From positions 1 to 42,693 of the forward strand of contig DASWBR010000305.1 of NCBI GenBank assembly GCA_036390495.1: a DNA stretch of 42,693 bases, in the 5' to 3' direction. This stretch comes from Candidatus Deferrimicrobiaceae bacterium (GTDB lineage: Bacteria; Desulfobacterota; Deferrimicrobia; Deferrimicrobiales; Deferrimicrobiaceae). The notes under the pieces are model-generated. The model worked only from the letters and a program-made list of their open reading frames with translations, had not been told where the DNA came from and did not search any database. Position numbers and translations under genes: made by a program. Positions 26,569 to 36,434 of the stretch are shown piece by piece. Position 1 is the first letter of the stretch. Each line of letters opens with the position of its first letter.

Positions 26569-27453
26569 ATGCGCAGCATCGAGGTCTCCTTCCACGTGAA
26601 GATGCGCGACTACACGACGATCGGCATCGGAGGCGCGGCGGACCGCGTGGTGTTCCCCCGGTCCCCCGCCGAGGTCCGGGAGCTCCTCGGCGCCGAGCTC
26701 CGCGCGGGCCGGCGGGTGCACTTCCTCGGCGCGGGGAGCAACCTGCTGGTCTCGGACGGCGGAGTGGGCGGCACCGTCCTCTGCACCAAGAAACACCTCT
26801 CCAAGGTGGTGTTCCTCCCCGACCGGTCGGTGGTGGCGGAGGCGGGCGTGATGCTCCCCCGCCTCGCGGTCCTTTGCGCCCTCTCCGGGCTTTCCGGGAT
26901 GGAGCCCCTCTCCGGGATCCCGGGCACGGTCGGGGGGGCGCTGACGATGAACGCCGGCGCCTTCGGCCGGAGCGCCGGCGAACTGGTGGAGTGGGTGGAG
27001 GTGGCCGGGGAGTCCGGGGAGATCCACCGCGTCGAGGCGCGCGCCATCCGGTTCGGCTACCGGGAGGCTTCGTTCCCCGTCCAGGGCGTCATCGTCCGGG
27101 CAGGGTTCCGCTTCGCCGCGGGAACGCGGGAGGCCGTGTTCGGGGAGATGCGCCAACTGAACGAAAGGCGGCGGGCGAGCCAGCCCTGGGGGGAGAAGAC
27201 CTTCGGGTCCGCGTTCCGGAACCCTCCGGGGGGGGAGAGCGCCGGCCGGCTGCTGGAGCGGGCGGGGATGAAGGGCCGTTGCGAGGGGGACGCCTGCTTC
27301 TCTCCGATGCACGCCAACTTCCTGGTGAACCGGGGTCGGGCCACGGCGGCCGATGTCCGGCGGCTGATGGCCCGGGGACGGGATGCGGTGAAGGCGTCGG
27401 CCGGCGTCCTCCTCGTCCCCGAGGTGAAGATGTGGGGGGAATTCGATGTCTGA
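26569..27453 (+). CDS. murB: UDP-N-acetylenolpyruvoylglucosamine reductase
   Basis: ATG at 26569. Has an FAD-binding PCMH-type N-terminus (YTTIGIGGAADRVVFP, LGAGSNLLVSD) and a C-terminal GSAFRNPPG. Confidence 0.9.
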   Translation: MRSIEVSFHVKMRDYTTIGIGGAADRVVFPRSPAEVRELLGAELRAGRRVHFLGAGSNLLVSDGGVGGTVLCTKKHLSKVVFLPDRSVVAEAGVMLPRLAVLCALSGLSGMEPLSGIPGTVGGALTMNAGAFGRSAGELVEWVEVAGESGEIHRVEARAIRFGYREASFPVQGVIVRAGFRFAAGTREAVFGEMRQLNERRRASQPWGEKTFGSAFRNPPGGESAGRLLERAGMKGRCEGDACFSPMHANFLVNRGRATAADVRRLMARGRDAVKASAGVLLVPEVKMWGEFDV

Positions 27454-28375
27454 TCGCGTGCGGTTCCACGGCAGCACGGTGGGGGTTTTCTACGGCGGGG
27501 TCTCGGCGGAACGGGAAGTGTCCCTCCGCACGGGGGCGGCGGCCTCGGCGGCCCTTCGCCGGAAGGGATACGCCGTCCGGGATATCGACATCCGCGAGGA
27601 CTGGCTGGGCGCTGTGCGCGGTGCGGGGGTGGACGTGGCGTTCCTGGCCCTGCACGGGCGATACGGGGAGGACGGCTGCATCCAGGCGGCGTGCGAGCTC
27701 GCCCGCCTCCCCTACACCGGCTCCGGCGTGGCGGCCTCCGCCATCGCCATGAGCAAGCTCTTCGGGAAGCGGATGGCCGCGTCGGAGGGGGTGCCGTGCG
27801 CTCCGGACGCGGTCTACGAGGGCCCCTTCCTCGAGGGCGCGAAGCCGCCGGCTTTCGGGTTCCCCCTGGTGGTCAAGCCGGACCGGGAGGGGTCCACCGT
27901 GGGGATCACGATCGTCCGGGAACCGGCCCGGTGGGAGGCGGCCCTTGCCGAGGCCGCCCGGCACGACGCCCGGGTGCTCGTCGAAGGGTACGTGCCGGGG
28001 CGCGAGATCACCGTCGGGATCGTCAACGGGCGGATCCTCCCGGCCATCGAGATCGTCCCGAAGTCCGGGTTCTACGACTACCACTCGAAGTACACCGCGG
28101 GGCAGACCGAGTACGTGATCCCCGTGCCGATGGACCGCGACATCCTCCTGCGCGCCGCGGAGTACACCCGGCGGGCGTCGCACGCGATGGGGCTGCGGGG
28201 GGCCGCGCGGCTCGACTACCGCGTCGACCCCGCGGGGAACGTCTTCTTCCTGGAGGCGAACACCATTCCCGGCATGACGGAGACGAGCCTGCTGCCCAAG
28301 GCGGCGAAGTTCGACGGGCTTCCCTTCGACGACCTGGTCGAGGAGATCCTCTCCGACGCGGGGTTGTCCAAGTAG
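27446..28375 (+). CDS. ddl: D-alanine--D-alanine ligase
   Basis: 309-aa ORF with HGRYGEDGCIQ, an ATP-grasp core (VVKPDREGSTVGI) and LEANTIPGMTETS. Confidence 0.95.
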   Translation: MSDRVRFHGSTVGVFYGGVSAEREVSLRTGAAASAALRRKGYAVRDIDIREDWLGAVRGAGVDVAFLALHGRYGEDGCIQAACELARLPYTGSGVAASAIAMSKLFGKRMAASEGVPCAPDAVYEGPFLEGAKPPAFGFPLVVKPDREGSTVGITIVREPARWEAALAEAARHDARVLVEGYVPGREITVGIVNGRILPAIEIVPKSGFYDYHSKYTAGQTEYVIPVPMDRDILLRAAEYTRRASHAMGLRGAARLDYRVDPAGNVFFLEANTIPGMTETSLLPKAAKFDGLPFDDLVEEILSDAGLSK

Positions 28376-29218
28376 ATGCTCGAGTACAAGGCATACCACC
28401 GGACGGACGGCGGGAGGCGCGGGCGCAAGGGCCGGTCCGTCCGGAAGCGGGAGAAGGGGAAGAAGGGAGGGAACGGGGGAATGCCGCCGCGGGCCCGGCT
28501 GCACCTCGCGGGGTGGATCGCCGCCGCGCTGGTGGCCGCGGTCCTCGTCGGGGTCGCCGGGGCGTCCGCCCGGTCCTGGCTCACACGCTCCCCTCTCTTC
28601 TCGGTGCGGAGCATCGATCTCAACCCGTGCGCCCACGTGACCCAGGAAGAGGTGTGGGCGATCGTCCGGGGCGGCGGGCGCGGGAGCATCTGGTCCGTAC
28701 CGACCCGGGAGGTGGCGCGGCGGCTGTCGGACCACCCGTGGGTGCGGTCCGCCTCCGTCCGCAAGGCGTTCCCCGACCGCCTCGTGGTGCGGATCGACGA
28801 GCGCCGGCCCGTGGCGATGGTGAACCTGGACGCGCTGTATTACGTGGACGCGGAGGGGAGCCCCTTCAAGCGCCTTACGGCGTACGACGCGAAGGAGTAC
28901 CCGATCCTCACCGGCTTTTCCCGGGAAGACCTTCTCGCGAGGGACGCCGTGACGCTGCGGAACTTCCGGAAGTCCCTGGAGCTGTTGCGGATGGCCGAGG
29001 CAGGTCCTCTCCGGCAGAACCTCTCCGAGGTCCACTTCGACGCGCAGGACGGGTATACCCTGGTGACCCGGGATTCGGGGCTCCAGCTCAAGGTGGGCGC
29101 GACGGATTTCCGGGAGGCGATGCGGCGGATCGAGGAGGCCATGCCCCGCCTGTCGGGTCTCGGAGCCTCCGCGGGGATCGTCGATCTGAAGACCAGCGGC
29201 CGAATCTTCGTGAGGTAG
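28376..29218 (+). CDS. ftsQ: cell division protein FtsQ (POTRA domain)
   Basis: ATG at 28376 abuts the ddl stop. The product has a basic Gly/Lys/Arg-rich N-terminus, one TM segment and a POTRA-like block (FSVRSIDLNPCAHVTQEEV). An ATG at 28481 is the alternative start. Confidence 0.8.
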   Translation: MLEYKAYHRTDGGRRGRKGRSVRKREKGKKGGNGGMPPRARLHLAGWIAAALVAAVLVGVAGASARSWLTRSPLFSVRSIDLNPCAHVTQEEVWAIVRGGGRGSIWSVPTREVARRLSDHPWVRSASVRKAFPDRLVVRIDERRPVAMVNLDALYYVDAEGSPFKRLTAYDAKEYPILTGFSREDLLARDAVTLRNFRKSLELLRMAEAGPLRQNLSEVHFDAQDGYTLVTRDSGLQLKVGATDFREAMRRIEEAMPRLSGLGASAGIVDLKTSGRIFVR

Positions 29219-29227
29219 GGGGAGGCA

Positions 29228-30457
29228 ATGAACACGGCGCAGGACCAGGTGATCGCGGGGCTGGACGTCGGCTCGTGCAACGTGACGACGGTTCTCGGGA
29301 GGAAGACCCCGGACGGCGTGGAGATCCTCGGCATGGGGGAGTGCCCCACCGAGGGGATGCGGAAAGGGGCCGTGGTGAACGTGGACGCCACCGTGAAGTC
29401 GATCCGGCAGAGCGTCACCGAGGCGGAGCGGATGACGGGGCTGACCGTCGAGTCGGTGTACGTGGGCATCTCCGGCCCCCTCATCAAGTCGTTCAACAGC
29501 CACGCGGCGATCTCCGTGAAGAACGAGCGCGAGGTCACCGACGGCGACTTCTCGAGGGTCCTGGAGATCGCCCGGACCGTGGAACTTCCCAACGATCGGG
29601 AGATCCTGCACGTCCTGACGCAGGAGTTCATCGTCGACGACATGGCGGGGATCAAGGACCCCCGCGGGATGACCGGTATCCGCCTCGACGCGCGGGTCCA
29701 CGTGGTCACGAACGACGTCCCCGGGGCGCGCAACCTGCAGCGGTGCGTCGAGAAGGCGGATCTCGAGGTGGAGTCGTTCGTCCTCTCCCCCCTGGCGTCC
29801 GCCGACGCGGTGCTCACCCCGGAGGAGCGCGAGGTGGGCGTGGCGCTGATGGACTTCGGCGGCGGGACCGTGGAGATGGTGATCTTCTTCGACGGCGCGC
29901 TGCGGCACACCTACGTGCTTCCCCTCGGGGGGACCAACATCACCTCCGACGTCGCGATCGGCCTGAAGCTGCCGTACGCCGACGCGGAGACCCTGAAGAT
30001 CGCCTCGGGGTGCGCCATGATCCAGAAGGTGCGGCGGGACGAGCTGGTGGAACTGCCCGGGGTGGGGGGCCGCCTCCCGCGGCCGATCCGCCGGCAGTAT
30101 CTGAGCGAGATCGTCGAGCCGCGGGCGGAGGAGATCTTCTCCCTCGTGCGGAAGGAGATCCTGCGCTCCGGGTACGAGGACAGCCTGGGGGCGGGCGTGG
30201 TGCTCACCGGCGGCGGATCGATGCTGGACGGCCTCACCGAACTCGGCGAGCGGGTGTTCCGCTTCCCGGTCCGGCGGGGAAGCCCGATCGGCATCGGCGG
30301 CCTGGTGGAGGTCGTCAACAGCCCTTCCTGCGCCACCGCGGTGGGGCTCGTCCTCTACGGCGCCCGCGCGGCGGAGAACGTGGTGACGCGCCACGACGAG
30401 ACGGAGGAGGGGGGGTTCCTGGGCAGGGTCAGGCGATATCTGTCGGAGTTCTTCTGA
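29228..30457 (+). CDS. ftsA: cell division protein FtsA
   Basis: 409-aa actin-like ATPase with [15 protein letters not shown] and VLTGGGSML motifs. Confidence 0.95.
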   Translation: MNTAQDQVIAGLDVGSCNVTTVLGRKTPDGVEILGMGECPTEGMRKGAVVNVDATVKSIRQSVTEAERMTGLTVESVYVGISGPLIKSFNSHAAISVKNEREVTDGDFSRVLEIARTVELPNDREILHVLTQEFIVDDMAGIKDPRGMTGIRLDARVHVVTNDVPGARNLQRCVEKADLEVESFVLSPLASADAVLTPEEREVGVALMDFGGGTVEMVIFFDGALRHTYVLPLGGTNITSDVAIGLKLPYADAETLKIASGCAMIQKVRRDELVELPGVGGRLPRPIRRQYLSEIVEPRAEEIFSLVRKEILRSGYEDSLGAGVVLTGGGSMLDGLTELGERVFRFPVRRGSPIGIGGLVEVVNSPSCATAVGLVLYGARAAENVVTRHDETEEGGFLGRVRRYLSEFF

Positions 30458-30488
30458 TACGGGAAACGGGGGAAAGGAGGAGGCGCGA

Positions 30489-31685
30489 ATGTCCGGTACG
30501 GAGAGGAGAACGAGGATGTTCACGATCGTCGAGGAGAACCGCTGCCACGCCGTCATCAAGGTGTTCGGGGTGGGTGGTGGCGGCGGCAACGCCATCAACA
30601 CCATGATCGAGGAGGGACTGCAGGGCGTGGAGTTCATCGCCGCCAACACCGACTCGCAGGCCCTCTCCCGGAACCTCGCACCGCTGAAGCTCCAGCTGGG
30701 CGCCCGGCTCACGAAGGGCCTGGGCGCCGGAGCCAACCCGGATATCGGGCGGCAGGCGGCGGTCGAAGACCGGGACATGCTCCGGGAGGCGCTGGCCGGC
30801 GCGGACATGGTGTTCATCACCGCGGGGCTCGGCGGCGGGACCGGCACGGGGGCCGGCCCCGTGGTGGCCGAGGTGGCGAAGGAGGTCGGGGCGCTGACCG
30901 TCGCGGTGGTGACCCGCCCCTTCTCCTTCGAGGGGCAGACGAGGAAGCGGCAGGCCGACGGGGGGACCAAGGAGCTGCGCGGGCTTGTGGACACGATCAT
31001 CGTCATCCCGAACGAGAAGCTCCTCCTGATCGCCGGGAAGGAGATGCGCTTCGTCGACGCGTTCCGCAAGGTGGACGACGTGCTGTTCCAGGCGGTCCGG
31101 GGGATCTCCGAGCTCGTGACGCGGCCCGGGTACATCAATCTCGACTTCGCGGACGTGAAGACGGTCATGTCGGGAATGGGCGTGGCGCTCATGGGCACGG
31201 GGGCGGCCACGGGGCAGAACCGGGCGATGGCGGCGGCCGAGAAGGCGATCTCCAGCCCCCTGCTGGAGGACGTGTCGATCCGCGGCGCCCGGGGCGTCCT
31301 GATCAACATCACCGCCGGAGCCTCCCTGTCGCTTTCCGAGGTGAACGAGGCGGCGAGCCTGATCCGGGAGGAGGCGTCCGACGAGGCGAACATCATCTTC
31401 GGCACGGTGATCGACGAGTCGATGGGGGACGAGCTGAAGGTCACGGTCGTGGCCACGGGGTTCGAACCGAACGTGGCCGAGGGGCCCTGGAAGAACCCGC
31501 GCAAGGGGATCAAGCTGGCCAGCCGGGCGGAGGATCTGCAGAAGCCGGCATTCCTCCGCAACGCGGCCCAGCGGGGCGCGGTCGAGGAGCGCGTGGAGGA
31601 GCTCCCGCTGATCGACAAGGAGAACGAGATCGAGTCGCTGGACGAATTCGAGATCCCGACGTTCCTCCGCCGTCGGGGGGAGTAG
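30489..31685 (+). CDS. ftsZ: cell division GTPase FtsZ
   Basis: Has [15 protein letters not shown] and the tubulin signature [13 protein letters not shown], plus the C-terminal conserved peptide [11 protein letters not shown]. An ATG at 30516 is the alternative start. Confidence 0.98.
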   Translation: MSGTERRTRMFTIVEENRCHAVIKVFGVGGGGGNAINTMIEEGLQGVEFIAANTDSQALSRNLAPLKLQLGARLTKGLGAGANPDIGRQAAVEDRDMLREALAGADMVFITAGLGGGTGTGAGPVVAEVAKEVGALTVAVVTRPFSFEGQTRKRQADGGTKELRGLVDTIIVIPNEKLLLIAGKEMRFVDAFRKVDDVLFQAVRGISELVTRPGYINLDFADVKTVMSGMGVALMGTGAATGQNRAMAAAEKAISSPLLEDVSIRGARGVLINITAGASLSLSEVNEAASLIREEASDEANIIFGTVIDESMGDELKVTVVATGFEPNVAEGPWKNPRKGIKLASRAEDLQKPAFLRNAAQRGAVEERVEELPLIDKENEIESLDEFEIPTFLRRRGE

Positions 31686-31697
31686 CCGGCAGAACGG

Positions 31698-33428
31698 ATG
31701 TCGCGGGGGGACCGCGGGCGAAGGAAGGCGGGGCCGGCAGGCGAGATCGGGGCCGTCCGCAAGGAGTGGGGTGGAAAAATCCGGGTCGCGCTGATCTACC
31801 CCAACCGGTACGCGGCGGGGATGTCCAACCTCGGGTTCCTGCTCGTGCACGCAGGGATCAACGCCCGGCCCGACGCCCTGTGCGAGCGGGTCTTCCTTGG
31901 CGGGCCGGGGGGGCGACCGGGCGTCGCCCCCCCGGGAGGGCGCGGCGGGATCTCCACGGGGGGCCCGGCCGGAGGCCGCACCCTGGAAAGCGGCCGCCCC
32001 CTGTCCGACTTCGACGTCGTCGCGTTCTCCCTCTCCTACGAGAACGACCTCCTGAACGTCCCCCCGATCCTCGCGGCCGGCGGGGTGCCCCCGCTCCGCG
32101 AGGACCGATCGTCCTCCGGCTCCCGGCACCCCCTCGTCGTCGCGGGCGGTTTCGCCGCGTCGCTCAATCCGGAGCCGTCCGGAAGCCTGGCCGACGCGGT
32201 GGTGGTCGGGGACGGGGAGCGGGCCGTCGACACCCTCCTCGACCTCGGGGATTTCCGCCCCGCCGATCCCGGCTTCCTGCGCGACCTGTCCCGGATCCCG
32301 GGGGTCTACGTGCCGGCGGGATACCGGCCGGAGTTCCGGCAAGCCCCCGGAACTCCGCGCGGCTTCCCGCGGCTCCTTTCCCTCCGCGCACTGACGGGAT
32401 TCCCCGGCCGCGTGGCGCGGGAATCCCTCGACCTCCGGGTCCTCCCCCCGCCCCCGCCGATCGCGCTGGCGGAGGAAACCGAGCTGGGGAGCATGTCCCT
32501 CGTCGAGACCTCCCGCGGCTGCCCGCGCATGTGCGGGTTCTGCGCCGCGTCGCACGCCTGCCCGGATTTCCGGGAATTCCCCCTGGAGCGCGTCCGGGCC
32601 GCGGTGGACGCATCGTGGCCCTACCGGAAGAAGGTCGGACTGATCGGGGCGGCGGTGCTGGACTGGCGTCCCTTCCGCGCCCTTTCCCGGGAGATCCTCG
32701 CGCGCGGCGGCACCGTCTCCCCCGCCTCCGTCCGGGCGGACCTCGTGGACCCCGAGGTGGCGGAGATCCTCTCCCGCAGCGGCCACCGCACCGTGGCGCT
32801 CGCCCCGGAGTGCGGCACGGAGCGGCAGCGGGCGCGGGTGGGGAAGTGGCTTCCGGACGAGACCCTCTTCCGGGCCGCGGAAACGCTGGTCCGGGCGGGA
32901 ATCGTCTCCTTCAAGCTCTACTTCCTCCTGGGGGTGCCCGGCGTCTCCCGGGAGGAGGAGGCCGGAGGGATCGCGTCGTTCCTTGCGGGATTCCGGAAGC
33001 GCGTCCTCGCCGCGGCACGGGGGGTCGGGCGCATGGGGAACATCACGGTGGTGCTCTCCCCGTTCGTGCCGAAGCCGTTCACTCCCCTTCAATGGGCGCC
33101 GATGGCCCCGGAGGAGGAACTGGCGGCGAGGGGGCGGGATGTCGCCGCCGCGGTACGGGGGGTGCCCAACGTGCGGCTGTCCGGGGATCGCCCCGCGCAG
33201 GCGGTCGCGCAGGGATATCTCGGACTCTCGGACCGGCGCGTGGCGGCAGACCTCGTCGCCGCGCGCCGCGGAAGGCTCCCCGGGGACAGGCCGGGGTTCG
33301 AGGAGGCCCTTTCGTCGGTCGTCCACCGCGAACGCGATGCCGAAGAGTACTTTCCGTGGGACGTCGTGGACGGGGGACCGGCGAAGCCGACGCTGCGGGC
33401 GCGTTACGAGGCCCTTACGGGAAGATAG
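31698..33428 (+). CDS. radical SAM protein of unknown function
   Basis: 576-aa ORF with a CX3CX2C cluster motif in ETSRGCPRMCGFCAAS. The N-terminal region resembles the TIGR03960-type family as I recall it. Contains a Gly/Pro-rich insert. Confidence 0.75.
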   Translation: MSRGDRGRRKAGPAGEIGAVRKEWGGKIRVALIYPNRYAAGMSNLGFLLVHAGINARPDALCERVFLGGPGGRPGVAPPGGRGGISTGGPAGGRTLESGRPLSDFDVVAFSLSYENDLLNVPPILAAGGVPPLREDRSSSGSRHPLVVAGGFAASLNPEPSGSLADAVVVGDGERAVDTLLDLGDFRPADPGFLRDLSRIPGVYVPAGYRPEFRQAPGTPRGFPRLLSLRALTGFPGRVARESLDLRVLPPPPPIALAEETELGSMSLVETSRGCPRMCGFCAASHACPDFREFPLERVRAAVDASWPYRKKVGLIGAAVLDWRPFRALSREILARGGTVSPASVRADLVDPEVAEILSRSGHRTVALAPECGTERQRARVGKWLPDETLFRAAETLVRAGIVSFKLYFLLGVPGVSREEEAGGIASFLAGFRKRVLAAARGVGRMGNITVVLSPFVPKPFTPLQWAPMAPEEELAARGRDVAAAVRGVPNVRLSGDRPAQAVAQGYLGLSDRRVAADLVAARRGRLPGDRPGFEEALSSVVHRERDAEEYFPWDVVDGGPAKPTLRARYEALTGR

Positions 33429-33435
33429 CCGGGGG

Positions 33436-33837
33436 TCACCCCGGGGAAACCCGGACCATCACGTTCCGGGTCCGTGGACCGTCGAACTCGCAGAGGAAGA
33501 TCGACTGCCAGGTCCCCAGCACGAGCTGGCCGGCTTCGACGAAGACCACGAGGCTCGCGCCCACGATGCTCGACTTGATGTGGGCGTGGGAATTCCCCTC
33601 GGAGTGCAGGTAATTTCCGGACGAGGGGGCGATCTCCTCGAGGCGGTTCAGGATGTCCTTCCGCACGTTCGGGTCGGCGTTCTCGTTGATCGTCACCGCC
33701 GCGGTGGTGTGGGGGACGAAGATGTGGCAATCCCCGCTCTTCACGCCGCTCTCCCGGACCACCAGCCGCACCTGCTGGGTGATGTCCACGAACTGCTGCG
33801 CGATGTCGGTCTTCACCGCGATCGTCCTGAACGCCAT
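33436..33837 (-). CDS. yjbQ: YjbQ/UPF0047 family protein (secondary thiamine-phosphate synthase-like)
   Basis: This is the last 133 codons of the long minus-strand ORF 33436..35454. MAFRTIAVKTD...HTTAAVTINENADPNV...EGNSHAHIKSS is typical of the family. ATG at 33837-33835 follows GGGAG. Confidence 0.85.
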   Translation of the reverse strand: MAFRTIAVKTDIAQQFVDITQQVRLVVRESGVKSGDCHIFVPHTTAAVTINENADPNVRKDILNRLEEIAPSSGNYLHSEGNSHAHIKSSIVGASLVVFVEAGQLVLGTWQSIFLCEFDGPRTRNVMVRVSPG

Positions 33838-33911
33838 CCCCGCTCCCGTCCGCAAAGGTGCTTCCTTCTTACCACGGCGGGGCGGGAAGGGCAAGCGGAT
33901 GCGGGCACGGT

Positions 33912-33941
33912 TTGCCCACGGAGAGGGGATTCCCCTATAAT
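33912..33941 (+). promoter_or_regulatory. candidate sigma70 promoter for the maf-yggS-proC-yggT operon
   Basis: Perfect TATAAT at 33936-33941, with a weak -35 TTGCCC (33912-33917) and an 18-nt spacer. The -10 ends only 8 nt before the maf GTG. Confidence 0.5.
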
Positions 33942-33949
33942 GCAATCCC

Positions 33950-34579
33950 GTGAGCCCGACGGCCCGCCTGATCCTCGCCTCCGGGTCCCCCCGCCGCCGG
34001 GAGCTTCTCTCCGCGGTGGGCATCCCGTTCCGCGTCCTCCCGTCGGGAGTCGACGAGACGCCGCTGCCGGGCGAAACCCCGGCGCGTTTCGCCCGGCGGG
34101 CCGCGATGGACAAGGGGCGGAACGTTGCGGCCCGGCATCCCGGGGCGTACGTCCTCTCCGCGGACACGATCGTGGTGGCGGGGGACAGGATCCTGGGGAA
34201 ACCGCGGGACCGGGCGGAGGCGCGGCGGATGCTCTCGTTCCTCGCCGGAAAGGAGCACCGCGTGTACACGGCCGTGTGCCTGCTCTGCGCGGGACGCGGA
34301 TACCGGGATGCCGGTACCGAGGTCACCCGGGTGCGGTTCCGCGCACTCACGCCGCCGGAGGTGGCGGCGTACGCCCGCACGGGGGAAGGGGACGACAAGG
34401 CCGGGGCGTACGCGGCGCAGGGAGCTGGGATGCTCCTGATCGAGCGGGTCAGCGGCTCCTTCACGAACGTCGTGGGGCTTCCGATGACCCGGGTGGTGGC
34501 CATGCTGCGGCGGGCCGGGTTGATCCGGGTCGCCGGACGGGGGCCGTCCTGGTACGCGGCGGCGGGCGGGAAGGGATGA
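33950..34579 (+). CDS. maf: Maf-like nucleoside triphosphate pyrophosphatase
   Basis: 209-aa ORF with a GTG start. Has LILASGSPRRRELL and GAYAAQG motifs. Confidence 0.9.
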   Translation: MSPTARLILASGSPRRRELLSAVGIPFRVLPSGVDETPLPGETPARFARRAAMDKGRNVAARHPGAYVLSADTIVVAGDRILGKPRDRAEARRMLSFLAGKEHRVYTAVCLLCAGRGYRDAGTEVTRVRFRALTPPEVAAYARTGEGDDKAGAYAAQGAGMLLIERVSGSFTNVVGLPMTRVVAMLRRAGLIRVAGRGPSWYAAAGGKG

Positions 34580-35295
34580 GCATCCGCGGGTCGGCGCCCG
34601 GGGAAGGCGCACCGATCCGGGATCGGGTGGCGTGGGTCCTGGACCGGATCGCGGAGGCGGAGCGGCGATCCGGGCGTCCCCCGGGGGCGGTGAAGCTGGT
34701 GACGGTGTCCAAGACCCAGCCGCTGTCCCGGATCCGGGAGGCGCACGCGGCCGGGCTCTCCGTCTTCGGCGAAAACTACGTCCAGGAGGCGGCGGAGAAG
34801 GTCCCGGCGCTCCCCGGCGCCGAGTGGCACCTGATCGGGAAGCTCCAGGGGAACAAGGTGCGCAAGGCGGTTTCCCTGTTCGCTTGGATCCAGACGGCGG
34901 ATTCGGCGAGGCGCCTGGCGGAGATCTCCCGGTGCGCCGTCGAGGCCGGGAGGGTCGTTCCGGCGCTGATCGAGGTCAACCTCGGCGGAGAGGAAGGCAA
35001 GGCGGGCGTCTCCCCGGAGGATCTGGGGCAGGTCGTCGCGGCATCCGGGCCGCTTCCCGGAGTGCGGGTCGAGGGGTTGATGGCGATCCCCCCGTATTCC
35101 GGGGACCCGGAGGCGACCCGTCCGTATTTCGAGCGCCTCCGGGAGCTGCGGGCCAGGCTTGCGCGGGAGACCGGGGCCGCGCTGCGGGAGATGTCGATGG
35201 GGATGTCCAACGATTTCGAGGCGGCGATCGAGGAGGGGGCGACGATGGTGCGCGTCGGGACCGCGATCTTCGGGAGCCGCCAGGGAAGGGGATGA
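34576..35295 (+). CDS. yggS: YggS-family pyridoxal phosphate homeostasis protein
   Basis: ATG at 34576 (ATGA overlap with maf). Has LVTVSKTQP (PLP lysine), FGENYVQE and MGMSNDFEAAIEEGATMVRVGTAIFG. Confidence 0.9.
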   Translation: MSIRGSAPGEGAPIRDRVAWVLDRIAEAERRSGRPPGAVKLVTVSKTQPLSRIREAHAAGLSVFGENYVQEAAEKVPALPGAEWHLIGKLQGNKVRKAVSLFAWIQTADSARRLAEISRCAVEAGRVVPALIEVNLGGEEGKAGVSPEDLGQVVAASGPLPGVRVEGLMAIPPYSGDPEATRPYFERLRELRARLARETGAALREMSMGMSNDFEAAIEEGATMVRVGTAIFGSRQGRG

Positions 35296-36101
35296 CCATG
35301 GGTCTGGGTTTCCTGGGTGCGGGGAACATGGGGGAGGCGATGATCCGCGGCGTCCTCGCGGCAAAGCTGCACCCGCCGAAACGGGTCGTCGTGTTCGACG
35401 CAGCCCCGGGGCGGGGGGAGGATCTCCGGGCCCGGTACGGGATCTCGGTCGCAACTTCGGCGGGGGACCTGCTCAAGGCGTGCGACATCGTGGTGGTCGC
35501 GGTCAAGCCGCAGCTCCTGGAAGCCGTCCTGGGCGGCATACCGAAGGCCTCGGCGCGGGGGAAGACGTTCGTCTCCGTCGTGGCGGGGGCGAGGGTCGAA
35601 CGGTTCGTCCGGGCCCTCGGCGAAGGTGCACGGGTGGTCCGGACGATGCCGAACACTCCGGCACAGGTCGGAATGGGGAGCACGGGGATCTGGTTCCCCC
35701 CCGACGTGGACGAGGCGACCCGGGGGAAGGTTCGCGCCCTGTTCTCCTCTTTCGGCGCGGTGGCAGAGGTTCCCCGGGAGGAACTCCTCGACGTCGTGAC
35801 GGCGCTCTCGGGCTCCGGCCCCGCCTACGCCTTCCTCTTCCTCGAAGCGCTGGCCGACGGCGCGGTGCGCGCGGGGATGGGACGGCAGGAGGCGATCCTC
35901 CTCGCCGCGTCGACCCTCGAAGGGGCGGCCCGGATGGTCCGGCAGACCGGGAAGCACCCCGCCGAGCTCAAGGACATGGTGATGTCCCCCGGCGGCACGA
36001 CCGCCGCCGGCGTGGCCGCGCTGGAGCGGGGGTCCTTCCGCGCGACGGTCATGGACGCGGTGATGTCCGCCTGGCAACGTTGCCGCGAGCTGTCGGGCTG
36101 A
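35292..36101 (+). CDS. proC: pyrroline-5-carboxylate reductase
   Basis: ATG at 35292 (ATGA overlap; an ATG at 35298 is the alternative). Has GFLGAGNMGEAM, MPNTPAQVG and SPGGTTAAG. Confidence 0.93.
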   Translation: MTMGLGFLGAGNMGEAMIRGVLAAKLHPPKRVVVFDAAPGRGEDLRARYGISVATSAGDLLKACDIVVVAVKPQLLEAVLGGIPKASARGKTFVSVVAGARVERFVRALGEGARVVRTMPNTPAQVGMGSTGIWFPPDVDEATRGKVRALFSSFGAVAEVPREELLDVVTALSGSGPAYAFLFLEALADGAVRAGMGRQEAILLAASTLEGAARMVRQTGKHPAELKDMVMSPGGTTAAGVAALERGSFRATVMDAVMSAWQRCRELSG

Positions 36102-36115
36102 AGGGGGTGCCGGGA

Positions 36116-36415
36116 ATGTTCGTCGCGAGGAACCTCGTCACGGCGCTGGCCACGGTGATCGACTACGCACTGTGGGCCTACATGTGGGCCTTCATCATCC
36201 GGGCGGTCCTCTCGTGGGTCAGCCCCGACCCGTACAACCCGATCGTGCGCGCCCTCTACTCGATCACCGAGCCGGTCCTTTCGTTCCTGAGGAGGAAGCT
36301 CCCGCTGTTCGCGGGGTCGATCGACTTCTCCCCGATGGTCGCCATCCTTGTCATTCTCTTCCTGCAGCGCTTCGTGGTGCGGACGCTGTTCGACCTCGCA
36401 CTGCGGATGCCGTGA
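36116..36415 (+). CDS. yggT: YggT-family membrane protein
   Basis: 99-aa two-TM ORF. IIRAVLSWVSPDPYNPIVRALYSITEPVL is characteristic of YggT/Ycf19. Confidence 0.85.
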   Translation: MFVARNLVTALATVIDYALWAYMWAFIIRAVLSWVSPDPYNPIVRALYSITEPVLSFLRRKLPLFAGSIDFSPMVAILVILFLQRFVVRTLFDLALRMP

Positions 36416-36434
36416 CCGGCCGGACCGTCCCCCT

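Noticed and set aside
27089-31762. 1557-aa ORF on the minus strand spanning murB to ftsZ. There are similar giant antisense or alternative-frame ORFs: 22210..25140 (-), 17317..19827 (-), 30429..33326 (-), 8545..10740 (-), 40371..42668 (-), 112..2214 (+) and 16204..19137 upstream part.
   Set aside because: Each lies opposite or out of frame to a gene with unmistakable conserved motifs. Their translations are Arg/Pro/Gly/Ala-rich low-complexity sequence, typical of stop-codon-poor frames in very GC-rich DNA. No independent start or SD context supports them.
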